Assembly: GCA_025594325.1 (NCBI GenBank) | Contig: JANHCV010000011.1 | Location: 186,001 to 250,000, forward strand | Reading direction: 5' to 3' | Length of the DNA stretch: 64,000 nt | Source of the DNA: Blastocladiella emersonii ATCC 22665 | Taxonomy: Eukaryota > Fungi > Blastocladiomycota | In this document: positions 1 through 11,681 of the stretch, in pieces | Layout: every line of letters begins with the position of its first letter | Position numbering within the stretch: the stretch's first letter is position 1 | Program-made: the position numbers and the translations under genes | The notes under the pieces: model-generated | Databases searched by the model: none | What the model was told of the DNA's origin: nothing | The model's input: only the letters and a program-made list of their open reading frames with translations

Positions 1-549
1 GCTTGAGCGACGGGACGTGGGCGAGCGCAAAGTTCCGCGAGTTGGACGGCGGCGGCGTCGACTGGGCAAGGCAAAGCACCGGGAGACAGGCGACCGCGAC
101 CAGGAGCGCAGACACGACAGAAAAGCGCGACGGCACGTTGGCACGGGCGTGGGGCGACATGTTCATGTTGACGGAGGCGCTGGGCCCAGCAAGGATGGTC
201 GACGAGGATCGGCGTCAAGGTCGGGCGACGAGAGCAGCGTGAAGCGGGCCGCCCACCATGCCGCCGACCGTGCCGCCGTGTCAAGACGCCCTCCAAGGAT
301 GTCCGTGGTTTGCTCAAAGCGGGATCACCCGGGACATCAGCTGCATGGCGAGTGACGGGAGTGAGAGGACCCATGTGGGCGACGCCGGTCCGACCAAGCA
401 GGAAAGAGCGAAGGGCGCGAGGACAAGGGCGGCCACCGACGTCAAGGCCGCTGGCGGGTTTCAGCCTCGCTTGTCGAGCCTGGACAGTTGCGCTCTGTCC
501 GTTCTCTTCGTCGCCCGCCTGGCTTCTGTCTGGCCTGGTAATAAGAACA

Positions 550-1765
550 ATGCAGACCAAGGAGCGGTATGCGGTAGCGGGCCTGGCCCTGCTGGTGCTT
601 GTCGTGCTCATGTTCCGTGCGTAGCCGGCCCATCCGCATCACACACGTCAAAGCTAACACAGGCGCGTTGCAACCTGGTGTAGAGTACTCGGCCCCGGCC
701 GGGACTGCCTCGGCACGCGTGTATCCTGTCCCGCTCAAGGAGAAGGTGCTTAGCGCAACCGCGCGGCCCGACTCGGACGAGCTGCAGCGGTCCAACGCAA
801 CGACTGAGGCGAGTCCTGGCGACCGTATCAGCCATAACATCACGGCCGCGCCGACTCCGCCCCCTCCCCCGCCGGTCGTGCGGTCGCACCCGCTCACGCT
901 CGCTGCAGCTGCCCTCGACGAGTGGGCCGAGGCGCACGCGCGCAACGCGACCGACGCGCAGTGGCCGCTGCCCAAGGTGGTGCACAGCAAGTGGTCGGCG
1001 GGCCGCGCGCTGCCGTCCAAGGCGCAGGCGTGCGTGGACCGGTGGAAGGCCATGAACCCGGGCACGGCGGTGCTGCTGTGGACCGACGCGGACGCGGACG
1101 ATTTCGTGCAGCGGTACCACCCGGCGGTGTGGCCCGTGTACCGCGACGTGCCGCGGGCCATCATGCGCGCCGACCTGTTCCGCGTGCTCGTCGTGTACAC
1201 GTTCGGCGGCGTGTGGGCCGACGTGGACGCGTGCCCGCTCAAGCCGATGCGCGAGTGGCCGGTGCAGCGCGGCGACCAGCTCGTTGTCGGCGTCGAGGCC
1301 GACATGGAGTCGGATACGTGGCCGCAGCACTTTGCGCGCCGGTTCCAGTTCTGCACCTGGACGTTTGCCGCGGCGCCCGCGCACCCGGCCATCGCCAACA
1401 TCCTGCACCTCAGCCTGACGACGATCCTGCGCCGGCGCGTGCCCGGCACCGGTGCCGCGGGCGAGGCGCCGCAGTGGGACCCGCCCGTCACTGACAACGA
1501 CGTGCTCGACCTGACGGGGCCCGGGATCTTCACGGACGGCGTGTTCCCGTACCTCGGGCGGTTCGGCGACACCTCGTTCGCGGCGATGCACTTCATGGAG
1601 GCGCCGCGGCGATTCGGCGACGCCGTGGTGCTCCCGCTGTGGCAGTTCTCGCCCGGCAGCTGGCAGGCGCTCACGAGCCGGCCGTCGTACTCGCGCTCCG
1701 ACGCGGACCCCGACGCCCTCATCAAGCACCTCTTCCTCGGGTCCTGGCGCAACGGTGGGGCCTAA
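550..1765 (+). CDS. Glycosyltransferase family 32 (OCH1/HOC1-like alpha-1,6-mannosyltransferase), type II membrane protein; intron 617-662
   Basis: ATG 550 gives MQTKERYAVAGLALLVLVVLMF (signal anchor). Intron GTGCGT...GCTAAC-ACAG joins it in frame to the 599-1765 ORF. Motifs PKVVHSKW, RADLFRVLVVYTFGGVWADVD (DxD), FCTWTFAAAPAHP, TGPGIFTD, IKHLFLGSW. Confidence 0.9.
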
Positions 1766-2166
1766 AGCCCTCTCTGATCTTCATCCATAGACGTTTTCAT
1801 ACGCCGTCGGCGCGACGCGAGGCCCCGGAAAGTGATGTCAGGTCTCAAGGTTTGGGGCGGAGGGGATAAATGCCAGCTCGCGTCTCGCTCACGTGTGCCC
1901 GTCGCCAAGCTTCGCGCTTGGGCGTTGCTCGCGGCGCCACCACGCCGCGCCCTCCCAGGATTCGGTCGCCGCCCCCTCCCTCTCCCTCTTCGCGCTCACA
2001 ACCAAAGTCTTGCCTTGGGCAACCACGTAGCTTACCTGTCAGCCAGTCTGTCGCCGCGGCCTGATCTCTACCTCTACCAGGCACGCCCGCCGGCGCGATC
2101 CCATGGCGCCGCGCCCACGATAGCTTACGCGCGCGCGCCGCTGCCGCCGCCACCGTCTAGCCAGCC

Positions 2167-3426
2167 ATGAGCACCAACACCGAGAGCCGCCCCGCGTCGC
2201 CGTTCGTCGACCCCGAGAACGGCGCCATCTACGCGTCGGGCCGCAAGCCGACGGACCTGGTGCGCGGGCCCGACGGCGCGCTGCGCAAGCCCGTGGTGAT
2301 CTGGGTCGACGGGTGCTTCGACATGATGCACTACGGGCACGCCAACGCGCTGCGCCAGGCAAAGTCCATGGGCGACCTGCTCGTCGTCGGCGTGCACAGC
2401 GACGCCGAGATCCAGCACCACAAGGGCCCGACGGTCATGCGCGAGGAGGAGCGGTACCAGGCGGTGGCCGCGTGCAAGTGGGTCGACGTGGTGGTCCCGA
2501 ACGCGCCCTACTTCACGCAGCTCGACTGGCTCGACCGCTTCCACTGCGACTTCTGCGTGCACGGCGACGACATCACCACGCTCGCCGACGGCACCGACTG
2601 CTACCAGGAGGTCAAGGACGCCAACCGGTACCGCGAGTGCAAGCGCACCCAGGGCGTCTCCACCACCGAGATGGTCGGCCGCATGCTGCTCATGACCAAG
2701 GACCACCACAAGCGCCGCAGCAGCGTCGCCCAGTCGTCCATCACCCACTTCAAGTCCGAGGAGCTCGAGGGCTTCTCGTCGGGGCCCTCAAAGTCCTCGC
2801 CGCCCTCCACCGTCTCGCACTTCCTCCCGACCTCGCGCCGCATCGTGCAGTTCTCCGAGGGCCGCGAGCCCAAGCCCGGCGACAAGGTCGTCTATGTCGA
2901 CGGCGACTTTGACCTGTTCCACGTCGGCCACATTGAGCTGCTGCGCCGCGCCAAGCAGCGCGGCGACTACGTGCTGGTCGGCGTGCACGAGGACCAGACC
3001 GTCAACGCCGTCAAGGGCAGCAACTTCCCGCTCATGAACCTGCACGAGCGCGTCCTCAGCGTGCTGGCGTGCCGGTACGTCGACGAGGTGGTGATCGGCG
3101 CCCCCTACAAGGTGTCCAAGGAGGTGCTCGAGAAGGTGTACCCGGTCGACGTGGTCATCGCCGCCAAGGTCGGCCCCGACGTGGACGGCACCGACCCGTA
3201 CGCGCTGCCGCGCCAGCTCGGCATCCTGCAGACGGTTGGCGTCCACGCCGGCGCCGGGTCCGACGCCCTCACCACCGACGATATCATCAACCGCATCATC
3301 GAGCAGCGCAAGCAGTACGAGGACCGCCAGGCCCGCAAGCTCGCCAAGGAGAAGGACATCACCGACAACTCCAACACCTACAAGCTCGGCGACACGTACG
3401 CCGCCGACGCCGCTAAGCAGCAGTAA
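2167..3426 (+). CDS. ECT1: Ethanolamine-phosphate cytidylyltransferase, intronless
   Basis: Two tandem cytidylyltransferase domains: WVDGCFDMMHYGHANALRQA and YVDGDFDLFHVGHIELL (both HxGH), plus RTQGVSTT. Confidence 0.96.
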   Translation: MSTNTESRPASPFVDPENGAIYASGRKPTDLVRGPDGALRKPVVIWVDGCFDMMHYGHANALRQAKSMGDLLVVGVHSDAEIQHHKGPTVMREEERYQAVAACKWVDVVVPNAPYFTQLDWLDRFHCDFCVHGDDITTLADGTDCYQEVKDANRYRECKRTQGVSTTEMVGRMLLMTKDHHKRRSSVAQSSITHFKSEELEGFSSGPSKSSPPSTVSHFLPTSRRIVQFSEGREPKPGDKVVYVDGDFDLFHVGHIELLRRAKQRGDYVLVGVHEDQTVNAVKGSNFPLMNLHERVLSVLACRYVDEVVIGAPYKVSKEVLEKVYPVDVVIAAKVGPDVDGTDPYALPRQLGILQTVGVHAGAGSDALTTDDIINRIIEQRKQYEDRQARKLAKEKDITDNSNTYKLGDTYAADAAKQQ

Positions 3427-3732
3427 CCTAGGGCTCCATCGCGGGCTATATTTCCACGTTTACGATACACTTATTCTCTCACCCCTCCCCTGCGCCGTCT
3501 CCACGTTCTGCGCCGCGCGAAGGGGCCCTCGTCCTCTGCAACCGCAAAGGACACCTGCCAGGGACTCGATCAAAACCGGCGAGAGGACCGCACCGCCGCC
3601 ACAGCGGTGGAAACGTGGAAGGGGAAGGACCCTCCCCTTGAACGTCAGCGGTCTGCGCCATACAAAACCCGCCGATGCCCCCGTTCCTCGCTCCCGCTCT
3701 CCATCTCAGTTGCACTGTTTAGCAGGAAACCC

Positions 3733-5001
3733 ATGTCGTCGCAGAATCTCATGCAGTCCACCATGTCCCAGCCCGGCCCGTCCTTGGCGCCCGTGCCCAG
3801 CTACCCGGCCGACGTGGAAGAGCCGGCTTACAAGGTCCGCTTGCCGCCCTCGACCAGACCATCGCACTCTCGGGTCTCTGACCCCTCGTCCATGTCCGTC
3901 CCGTCTCCTTAGCCGCGCCGCCAGATCAGCTACGCCGCCGAGCTCGAGGGTACGCAGCGCCGCGCGCCGCCGCCGCCGTCAGCCCGCGTTGCGCCACCCG
4001 CAGCGCCAGCGCCACGGACGCACGACTAACTCGGAAGGCGGACCGCTTCTGTAGTCAACCAGGCCAAGCACGGCTTCTACGAGAGCATGCTGACCAAGGT
4101 CGGCGAGTTAATTGGCTTCTTTGGCATGATCCCGTGCTGCATCTGCCCCGCGCCCTTCAAGACCGTCGAGCAGGGCCAGGTCGGCCTCGTCTCGCACTTT
4201 GGCAAGTGCCAGCGCATCGTCGACCCGGGACTGCATCAAATCAACCTCATGACCGACGAGATGCGCACCGTCGACATCAAGCTGCAGGTCGTCGACCTCC
4301 CCTCGCAGGTCGTCATGACCCGCGACAATGTGTCCATCACCATCGATAGTGTGCTCTACTTCCGGTATGAGAAGCTCGGCCCACAAACCTAGCAACGAGC
4401 TGAAACTGGCACTCACACTCGCGTTCCTTGCGTAGCGTCGTCGACCCCTACGTCGCCACCTTCCTCGTCCAGAACGTGCGCTCCGCGCTCATCGAGCGTA
4501 CCCAGACCACGCTGCGCCAGATCGCGGGCCTGCGCACGCTGCAGGAGTGCATCGAGCTGCGTGGTACGGGACCATGCTGTATGGTTAGCCGTCAAGAATC
4601 TCACGCTGATTCGCACTGTAGAGGCCATCGCGCACGACATCGAGTCGCTCATCAAGGGTCCGGCCGAGGAGTGGGGCGTCGAGGTCTCGTCGATCCTGAT
4701 CAAGGACATGCAGATGGCGCCGGAGCTCCTCGAGTCGCTGTCGGCCGCCGCCAAGCAGAAGCGGATCGGCGAGTCCAAGGTCATTGCGGCCGAGGCCGAG
4801 GTGCAGGCCGCGCGCCTCATGCGCAACGTCGCAGACCTGCTGTCGTCTGAGGCCGCCATGCAGATCCGCTACCTCGAGGCGATGCAGGCCATGGCCAAGA
4901 CGTCGGGCGCCAAGGTCATCTTCATGCCGTCCAACCCCGAGTCGAGCGCCGCCATGATGCGCAACGTGCAGACGAACGCGGCCGTCGGTGCCGACCTCTA
5001 G
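3733..5001 (+). CDS. Stomatin/Band-7 (SPFH) family protein, copy A; introns 3835-3912, 3950-4054, 4365-4435, 4564-4621
   Basis: Spliced product contains GFYESM, IPCCICP, FKTVEQGQVGLVSHFGK, VMTRDNVSITIDSVLYFR, WGVEVSSILIKD, AAAKQKRIGESKVIAAEAEV, AMQIRYLEAMQAMA. All four introns are GT-AG and keep the frame. Confidence 0.9.
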
Positions 5002-5973
5002 TCTTTGGGGGTTCGAGAGAGCGCGCTATTTTGTTCCCGTTATCGCGCCCTGATCCAAGCTGTACATATACTGGCTGTTTTGCATACGCAATCGAATCTC
5101 ATCGTTGGCGCGGACCCGGCGGTGTCAGCGGGATCAGCGTGTGCCCTCGCGGCAAGAAAGACGCGTCAACCACGAGGGTACTCGTGAAGCAGGCAGGGTT
5201 TGTGAGCGAATCACCGTCCGAGCGGCTTGACTTGGAAATTGTCTCACAGCCCGTGATGTCTCGCACCCTGCCTCGTGGGTGATCGACACGGCCACGGGGG
5301 TCGAAATGAACGTTGTATGCAGCAAGCGACTCGCTCGCCTTGAACCGACTTTCGTTGAATGCACGCGCTTGCCTCCTATAAAGATCGCCCGCCCCTCGGC
5401 CCTCCTTCTCCTGCTCTTCAACCTAGGTCTTATTTCATCCATGTACGCATCTCTTTACGCAACACTCACCAACCTTCATGACTAATGCTCGCGCCCGCCC
5501 GCCCTCCAGAGCCTATCCCAAAAATGATGATGTTCTCCGCCCTCGCCAAGGTCCCCTCGACCGCCCTCCTCCTCTCGGCCCACCAGCAGCTGTCCTCGTC
5601 GTCGTTCGCCACGCTTTCCCTGGCCAGCGAGGACTACCGCTACAAGTCTGAGAACGCCTTCAAGCTGCCGTTCGTGTCCTCGACCGTCGCCTCGGTCAAG
5701 CACGCATTCGGCAAGTTCACGGCCCGCCTGCCTCGCATCGTGACGCGCCCCGGCAAGCGCGGCACGAACAAGTCGAAGCAGGTCGAGCCAGTCGTTTCCA
5801 AGGTCCCTGTTTTGGTCGACCCGTTCGCCGAGCTCGCCGCCCCGGCCCCGTTTGCGGCCTGCGGCGACCTGGGCTCGGACGACACGCTGGTCGTCCCTCA
5901 TCCGAGCCCAGCGGCGGACAAGTCGTCGCCTTGGACTTCGTCGTCACTCTCGCCTCGTCTGGCGTGGGCGGCG
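4351..5973 (+). repeat. Left arm of a ~1,623-bp apparently identical inverted repeat (partner 55251-56873)
   Basis: Positions map as x to 61224-x. Six-frame ORFs across the tract are identical between arms (e.g. 4561-5001 vs 56223-56663, 5031-5282 vs 55942-56193). The nearest mismatches I found are at 4350 and 5974. I did not compare every base. Confidence 0.88.
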
Positions 5974-6235
5974 ATCAAGGCGCGGTTGTCCCGGCGTGCT
6001 GCTGCTGCCACCGTTGCGGGCGTCAAGGTCGTTGTTGATGAGCTCCACGACGAGTTCTTTGGCGACGACGAGCAGCCTGCTGTCATTGATTTCGTTCGTT
6101 TTTGATATTATACACGCGTTGATACCCAACTTCCGCTGTTGCTCGTGTCGTACCTTGGGTGCGTGCGCGTGCGAGACAGGCTGAGAGACGCGTCGCGATA
6201 TCATGTGTGTGGCGCCAACCTGAAACGAACCGCGT
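5250..6235 (+). repeat. ~1-kb dispersed repeat unit, copy A (upstream region with TATA-like CCTATAAAG, orphan ORF, conserved 3' tail)
   Basis: Homologous to ~55000-55975 (-) and ~35930-36900 (-). Shared 5' anchor CCCGTGATGTCTCGCACCCTGCCTCGTGGGTGATCG and 3' anchor resembling GCGAGACAGGCTG.GAGACGCGT...GATATCATGTGTGTGGCGC. Confidence 0.85.
5485..6105 (+). CDS. Orphan 206-aa ORF of the repeated unit, copy A
   Basis: Open ORF downstream of a TATA-like box (CCTATAAAG near 5376), ending IDFVRF as in the other two copies. No recognisable domain. Confidence 0.5.
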   Translation: MLAPARPPEPIPKMMMFSALAKVPSTALLLSAHQQLSSSSFATLSLASEDYRYKSENAFKLPFVSSTVASVKHAFGKFTARLPRIVTRPGKRGTNKSKQVEPVVSKVPVLVDPFAELAAPAPFAACGDLGSDDTLVVPHPSPAADKSSPWTSSSLSPRLAWAAIKARLSRRAAAATVAGVKVVVDELHDEFFGDDEQPAVIDFVRF

Positions 6236-6567
6236 AGTTACGTCGATCGTCGCTACCCCAACTTCAAAGCAAAGGCGATCTCGCTGTTCGCGGACGACGC
6301 TGCCGTCCATCGCGTCTCACGCCTTCATTAGTTGATCAGGCGGTTCGTTCAGTCGCGTATCGCTTATTACATCACCGAGTGTCCTTCTCGGAGCGTATCT
6401 TCGAGCGGGTAGCTGAGCCGAATCACGCGTCGCAAGTCGCGTCGCGCCTTCCTCTGCGTGGCGCAACGTGTCGGCGGAAACCCGGACTCTACGTGCGCTA
6501 CGACCAGATCACCAAACTACTCCTGTCCATCCCAGCCCGCATTCACAGGTCAAGTAGTGAACAAAGT

Positions 6568-8761
6568 CTATTGCGGCCCATATCGTGATCGCGAATTGCG
6601 AGTATTTCGCATCCAGGACGGCGCCGCGCGCGTCAGCGCGCCAGATACCACGACGGGTCCGCGAAGTGCACCGCGCAAGTGTACCGTCGCCGGGTCGAGC
6701 GCGAGCGTGAACGTGGGCAACGAGAACCGCGAGTTGGCGGTGGTCGGCTCGTCGAACAGCTCAAGCGAGCCACGGAGCGTGTGTGGCGGGAGCGCGCGCA
6801 GTGATCGCCGGGCTCGGCCAAAATCCAGCAATGGTGACGGGGTCGTCGACTCGAGAGCGGGCGTCGACTTGGTCGAGTCGACAGCAGAAAGCGCGGGCGC
6901 AGATTTTGGCGAGTCGACAGCAGGAAGCGCCGAAAGTGCGCCGGTTTCGGCGGTCGGTGTGGGCGCGACGGCTCCGTTGGGAACCTTGCCGCCGCCGCCG
7001 AGCGGTACGGCTGGACTCAAACTGGGTGGTGGCTCTGGAGAAAAGCCGAGCGCCTCAAGCAACGTCGGTTCGGAGCTGGGAGGCAACGGAAGCGCGGGTA
7101 CGACAGGCAACTCGATCGCGGAGGCGGCGATTGCAGGCGTTGATGTCGCCGTGCACCCACCTTTACTGGTCGAGTCTTGAGCTGGCAATGGCGGCACCTG
7201 CCGAGCGTCGAGCTGAAGCGCGGCCGATGGCAGCGACACCGCGACCTGAGTCGCTGCAGTCGGCATTTCTGGCGCCGCGGCAAGCGCGACCGCCTGCGAG
7301 GCCAATGAATGAGATGCAGTAGCAAGAAGCTCGGGTGGCGAGATGGCGCGTGCAAGCAGCGGCGGTGGCGGTGCAGGAGGAGATGGCGGAGTTGGCGGTC
7401 GGGGAAGTGAGAGACAATCTGACGCGATTGCAAGCTTGGACGGCGATCGAGAAGCCGAATCGATGGTTTTGGTCGGGCTGGCAAGTGAGCGCACAGAGGT
7501 GGGTGTTGCGAGGGACTGCTGCGACGGTTGAGACTGCGACGGTTGAGACTGCGACTGCGACTGCGACTGCGACTGCGAGTGAGGGCGGGTAGACGACGGT
7601 TGTGGAGACGGCTCGAGGAACTCCGCCTCCAACACGCGGGGCTGATTCGAGAGAAACTCGGGCGACTCGGCGGCCTGCGACGGGAAGAGCTGTGAGAGCG
7701 AGGGCCGGATCGGGCAGCTGAAGAGGTTGGGCGAGCTGCATTGCGTGAGGCTGAGATCGGCGAGCTCCTGCTCTTGGGACTCGGTCAAACCGGGAGCACG
7801 CGCAGGTTCGATTGGAGAACTCGTCGGAATCGGCGAAGGCGGTGGTGAAGACGCGGCGCGAGTGGGAGTGGGTGGGTGCTTAACCGGTGACGGGATCAGC
7901 GCACTAGCCTCGTCCGTCGCCTGAGCGCGCTGGCGCAGAAGCGAGGGGATCGAGACCGTGACGGGGAACCGCGTGGCCCGTGGGCCGCGCTCGGCATTCG
8001 GTTCTGCGGACGGTGATGGTGTGCGAGCAGCCGGTGAAAGTGCACGAGCAGCCGTTGACGGTACACGCGGAGGTAGCGATGGCGCAAGAGCCGTTGGCGA
8101 CGGTGCCCGACCAGCAGCCAATGACGGCACACGAGCGGCTGGAGAAGATGGACGAGCAGCTGACGACGGTACACGCGGGGCTAGTGGTGGCGCAAGCGCG
8201 GCCGGCGATGGTGCTTGAGCTTGAGCAGCAGCCAGTTGTGGCACATGGGCTTCTGGTGAAGGTGCACGAAGAACTGGCTCGAGCGCAGGAATGTCGTTTC
8301 CCAGTGGTGCTACCGGACCGGGAAGCAGCGGGGAGACGTCGAGCGAGATCTGTTCGCGATCCGGCACGAGTTCCGCTGGCGGAGCGGTGCGATCCGGCGA
8401 AAGCGATCGTGAGAGCTTGGACGGCGGCGGTGCAACCGCATCATCTGCAGCAGGATCCTCGTCGTCGGATGAATCCTAGCGGGGGACCGTCGAGAGTGAG
8501 CCTGGGAAGCGAGTTGGCGGCGGTTCCGGTGGCACGCACCGAAACGTCCACGACGATGCGAACGCGTTTCCGCGACTCGGATGCAGGTTTCCTCGACGAG
8601 ATAGAGCAAGAAGAGTCATTTGCCACAAGCTGTGATCGCCAGGCAAGCGCGCCAACGGAAGTCGCGGCCGGGGTGCCCGCCTCGGTCGGCGCCGCGACGA
8701 GGGTGGAGAACTCGCGGATCCTGGACCAGGTCCAGGTGTGCGTCTTCGGGGCGCAGTTCAT
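6568..8761 (-). CDS. Hypothetical Pro/Ser/Ala-rich low-complexity protein; 5' structure unresolved
   Basis: 599-aa open frame 6568-8367 with a 36-aa internal duplication (APSPAALAPPLAPRVPSSAAR / APSPTALAPSLPPRVPSTAAR) and a QSQSQS run. It is closed upstream by TAG 8476-8478. A possible first exon MNCAPKTHTWTW at 8761 is in another frame. Confidence 0.35.
7519..7578. repeat. Short tandem repeats: 15-mer GCGACGGTTGAGACT x2, then (GCGACT)n
   Basis: Read directly; encodes SQSQSQ / QPSQS on the minus strand. Confidence 0.8.
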
Positions 8762-8942
8762 TCGGGTTGCAGCAAGTTACATGAGTTTGCGTAGCGAGCT
8801 CGGGTGAGCGTGATGGAGTGCAGGGAGGGCAAGCGGGACGCGGCCGCTTCGCGACTTTACGACTTCGCCACCGCGGCCAGCCAGTACCGGTGCATGGGAG
8901 GAGAGCAAAATAGTCAATTCAGTGAAGAACAATAGGATCACA

Positions 8943-9687
8943 TCACTTTCCCGAGGGCGGCGACGAGAACTCGAACGAGGCCTTGTTGTGCATGACGAGG
9001 ACGCCGTCGACAAAGTAGAAGGAGTCGGCCTTGGTGGCGTGCGGGTTGGCGAGCATCTCCTTCTTGAGTTTCTTGTCGAGTGCGGGCACCTCGTAGATGC
9101 TCTCCCACGTGTTGACCGAGTTGGGGATGCAGAAGCCGAAGGTGAAGTCGAAGGACTTGATGAGGGTGTCGCCGACATAGTGGCGCTCGATCATGCGGAA
9201 GTTGGTGATGGGCTTGGCGCCGACGGCGAAGACGAGACTAAGGGATACGTGTGTCAGTGCCGGTCGGTTACAGGGTCAGGGTGAGGTGAGAGAGAGCGTA
9301 CGTGGTGCCGACCTCGCGGCAGTCGAGAAAGTCGTGGCCAAAGTCGTAGTGGACGGAACGGAACAGGTTCGGGTCGACGCCGGGCGGCACGTCCATGTCC
9401 TTGAGCGGCACGTAGTCGCTGTGGCTGCCCGGCCGCTTGGTCTCGAAGAAGACGCGGCCCGAGGCCTTGTCCTTGATGCTGAACTCGAGGAACTGGACGG
9501 GCGGGCTCGCGGTGAAGGGGACGAGGAAGTCGGGCGTGGCCTTCTTGAACTTGAGCACGTCGGCGGGCGTGACGGGCCCCGCGGGCAGCGTGTTGGCCGA
9601 TAGCGAGGTGGCGGAGCCGCGGGGCGAGGTGGAGGACGAGCCCTTGGACGGGAGGTTGAAGGGCATCTTGATCAGCGGGAGGGGCAT
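8943..9687 (-). CDS. UNC119: UNC119 (GMP-PDE delta family) myristoyl-binding ciliary chaperone; intron 9238-9301
   Basis: VQFLEFSIKD, then after splicing VGTTLVFAVGAKPITNFRMIERHY, IKSFDFTFGFCIPNSVNTWESIY, ADSFYFVDGVLVMHNKA. Confidence 0.93.
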
Positions 9688-10169
9688 GGTGTGTGCGTGG
9701 GCCGGCGAGGACTCGTGTGCGGTCCAAGAGCGTTGGCGTTGTGAGGTGGAGGTGTCGATGGGCAGGGCGAACCCGTTCGTTCGAGATAAGCGGGGCGAGG
9801 AGGGAGGAGACTGCGCTTCGACGAGGCGGTGCCGGGTGCGGGTCTCGTGGTGCAGCTGAGATACATGCGACGCGGGCCGGTCCGCCGTGGGGTCTCCCGA
9901 GCCCCCTTGCCGATCGAGGACAAGGGGTCGCGCCGGCGGCGGGCGGGTCGGCGGGCGGGGCGGGCGGGCACGGGTCGGCGGGCGGGGCGGGCGGGCACGG
10001 CCCGGCACGGCGAAAGCGCGACGCGGCGCGAAACGCGAGACACGACGCGTCGGCGCGAGGCGTCATGTGACGGGGCGGATCGACGACTTCTTCGCCTCCT
10101 TGCTGCTGCCCGCAACCGTTCCCGCTGCCGCCCCTCGACGCCGAGCACTTCAGTCGGCGCTGCCAGATC

Positions 10170-11654
10170 ATGCAACGGAATGGACCCTACGAACCACGCT
10201 CCGTAACCGCGCCGCCACGCGCCCGCGCCCCGCCCGACGCCGGCCCATCGTCGTCGCTCAGGGGTACCGCCGCCGCCGCTCCTGCACGATCCCACCCGTA
10301 CCGACGCCCCGACTCTACGAAACCGCCATCCACGCTCCCCGGACGCACCATTTCGGCCACCGAAGCCTCGCTGCGGGCTGCGCGCGACCGCCTGCTGTTC
10401 CAGCGAGCCTCGCTGCGCCGCGCGCTCGAGGAGACGCCGCCGCGGCAAGAGGAGGCCCAGCGGACCGCTGACGCCGCGTACAAGGCGCGGATCAACGCGC
10501 TGCGCGACGTGGAAACGGCTGGGACGCGGCTCCAGTCCGCCGTTGCGGCCATGGACCGGGAACGCGCCGCCGTCCACGACGCCCTGTTCCCGCCGCCCGC
10601 TTCCGAGAGCAGCGACAGGCCCGCGCCACCACTGCTCACGGCATCCCCACGCGTCCTGGCCCATCTCGCTGCGACGACCACCAAATCCGTCGAGTCGTGG
10701 CGCGCCCACGCCGAGTCCGCCACCGCGACGTCCGCCGGCCGGATACCCCGCCTCGACCCGCCCGACCTGCACGCCGAGCTGAACCGCATCTCGGCGTCGG
10801 TCGGCGACCACGCCGCAGCGCTCGTCCGCGTGCGCGCCGAGCTCGCGCGACTGCGCGCGTTTCGCGGAGCGCTCGACACTCGACCACCACCCCATTCCGC
10901 CGCACCCCACGGTCTGACGGCGGCCGCTGCGTCCGAGACGGCGTCGATCCTCGACCACCTCGCCGCGCTCGCCCGCGACCACACCGCGCGCGACCGCGTC
11001 CTCGTCCCCGCAGCGCGTCACGTCGCCCAGGAACGCGCCCGCGCGCACCTCCACGTGCACACCGTGCTCGACGAGACGCGGCAGGCCGTCGCGACCAACT
11101 GCGCGGTCCTAGGCGCCGTGTGCAGCATCGCCGAGGCCGAGAAGGGCGCCGCGGCCGCGGTCGAGGCCACGCTGCGCGAGCAGCACGCCCGGCTCGCGGA
11201 CCTCGCCAAGCTGCTCGCCCCGCCTCCGCCGCCACCACCACGATCGAGCGACCTCCTCCTCCGCGCCACCGCGCAGGCCCTCGGCGGATCTACGGCGCCC
11301 GTCCCGTCCGCCCTGTCGACCGCGCTACGGCGGACCGCCGAGCGACACGCGGCGCAGCGGGCCGACGCGACGCAGGCGCGCGATCTCGCGCGCGGGACGA
11401 TTGAGGCGGCGGCACACGCGGTGCAAGCGGGGTCTGCCGTGATCCCGCGCGCGTTCCCGGCCGTTGACGACGAAGAGGCGGACCCGCTGGGGCCGCTGAG
11501 CGCGCTCGCGGCCGAGGTATCGCTCAAGGCGAAACAAGCGGCGCGCGCGGTTCCGCCGGGCGACGCGGACGCGCAGGGCGGCATGGTGCGACACCTGCTG
11601 CGGGTTCTGGAGCAGCGGGCGGGCGGCGCGGGCACGGGCGCGAACGGGCGATGA
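10170..11654 (+). CDS. Hypothetical Ala/Arg-rich, probably coiled-coil protein (494 aa)
   Basis: Long intronless ORF with host-like GC-ending codons and helical heptad-like stretches. No family recognised. Confidence 0.65.
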   Translation: MQRNGPYEPRSVTAPPRARAPPDAGPSSSLRGTAAAAPARSHPYRRPDSTKPPSTLPGRTISATEASLRAARDRLLFQRASLRRALEETPPRQEEAQRTADAAYKARINALRDVETAGTRLQSAVAAMDRERAAVHDALFPPPASESSDRPAPPLLTASPRVLAHLAATTTKSVESWRAHAESATATSAGRIPRLDPPDLHAELNRISASVGDHAAALVRVRAELARLRAFRGALDTRPPPHSAAPHGLTAAAASETASILDHLAALARDHTARDRVLVPAARHVAQERARAHLHVHTVLDETRQAVATNCAVLGAVCSIAEAEKGAAAAVEATLREQHARLADLAKLLAPPPPPPPRSSDLLLRATAQALGGSTAPVPSALSTALRRTAERHAAQRADATQARDLARGTIEAAAHAVQAGSAVIPRAFPAVDDEEADPLGPLSALAAEVSLKAKQAARAVPPGDADAQGGMVRHLLRVLEQRAGGAGTGANGR

Positions 11655-11681
11655 TGATGAGTTGCGTAATTAATTTATTAT

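Noticed and set aside
1-549. Short ORFs upstream of the GT32 gene
   Set aside because: Overlapping GC-driven frames without motifs; more likely promoter or intergenic DNA.
5061-5068. TGTACATA as a Puf3/Pumilio element in the stomatin 3' UTR
   Set aside because: TGTA motifs follow many stops here as generic 3'-end signals, and the mitochondrial genes lack the full motif.
6170-6240. Orphan repeat unit as a Helitron
   Set aside because: A short palindrome is present, but I could not find a shared CTRR terminus at the expected spacing or a 5' TC with an A/T insertion site.
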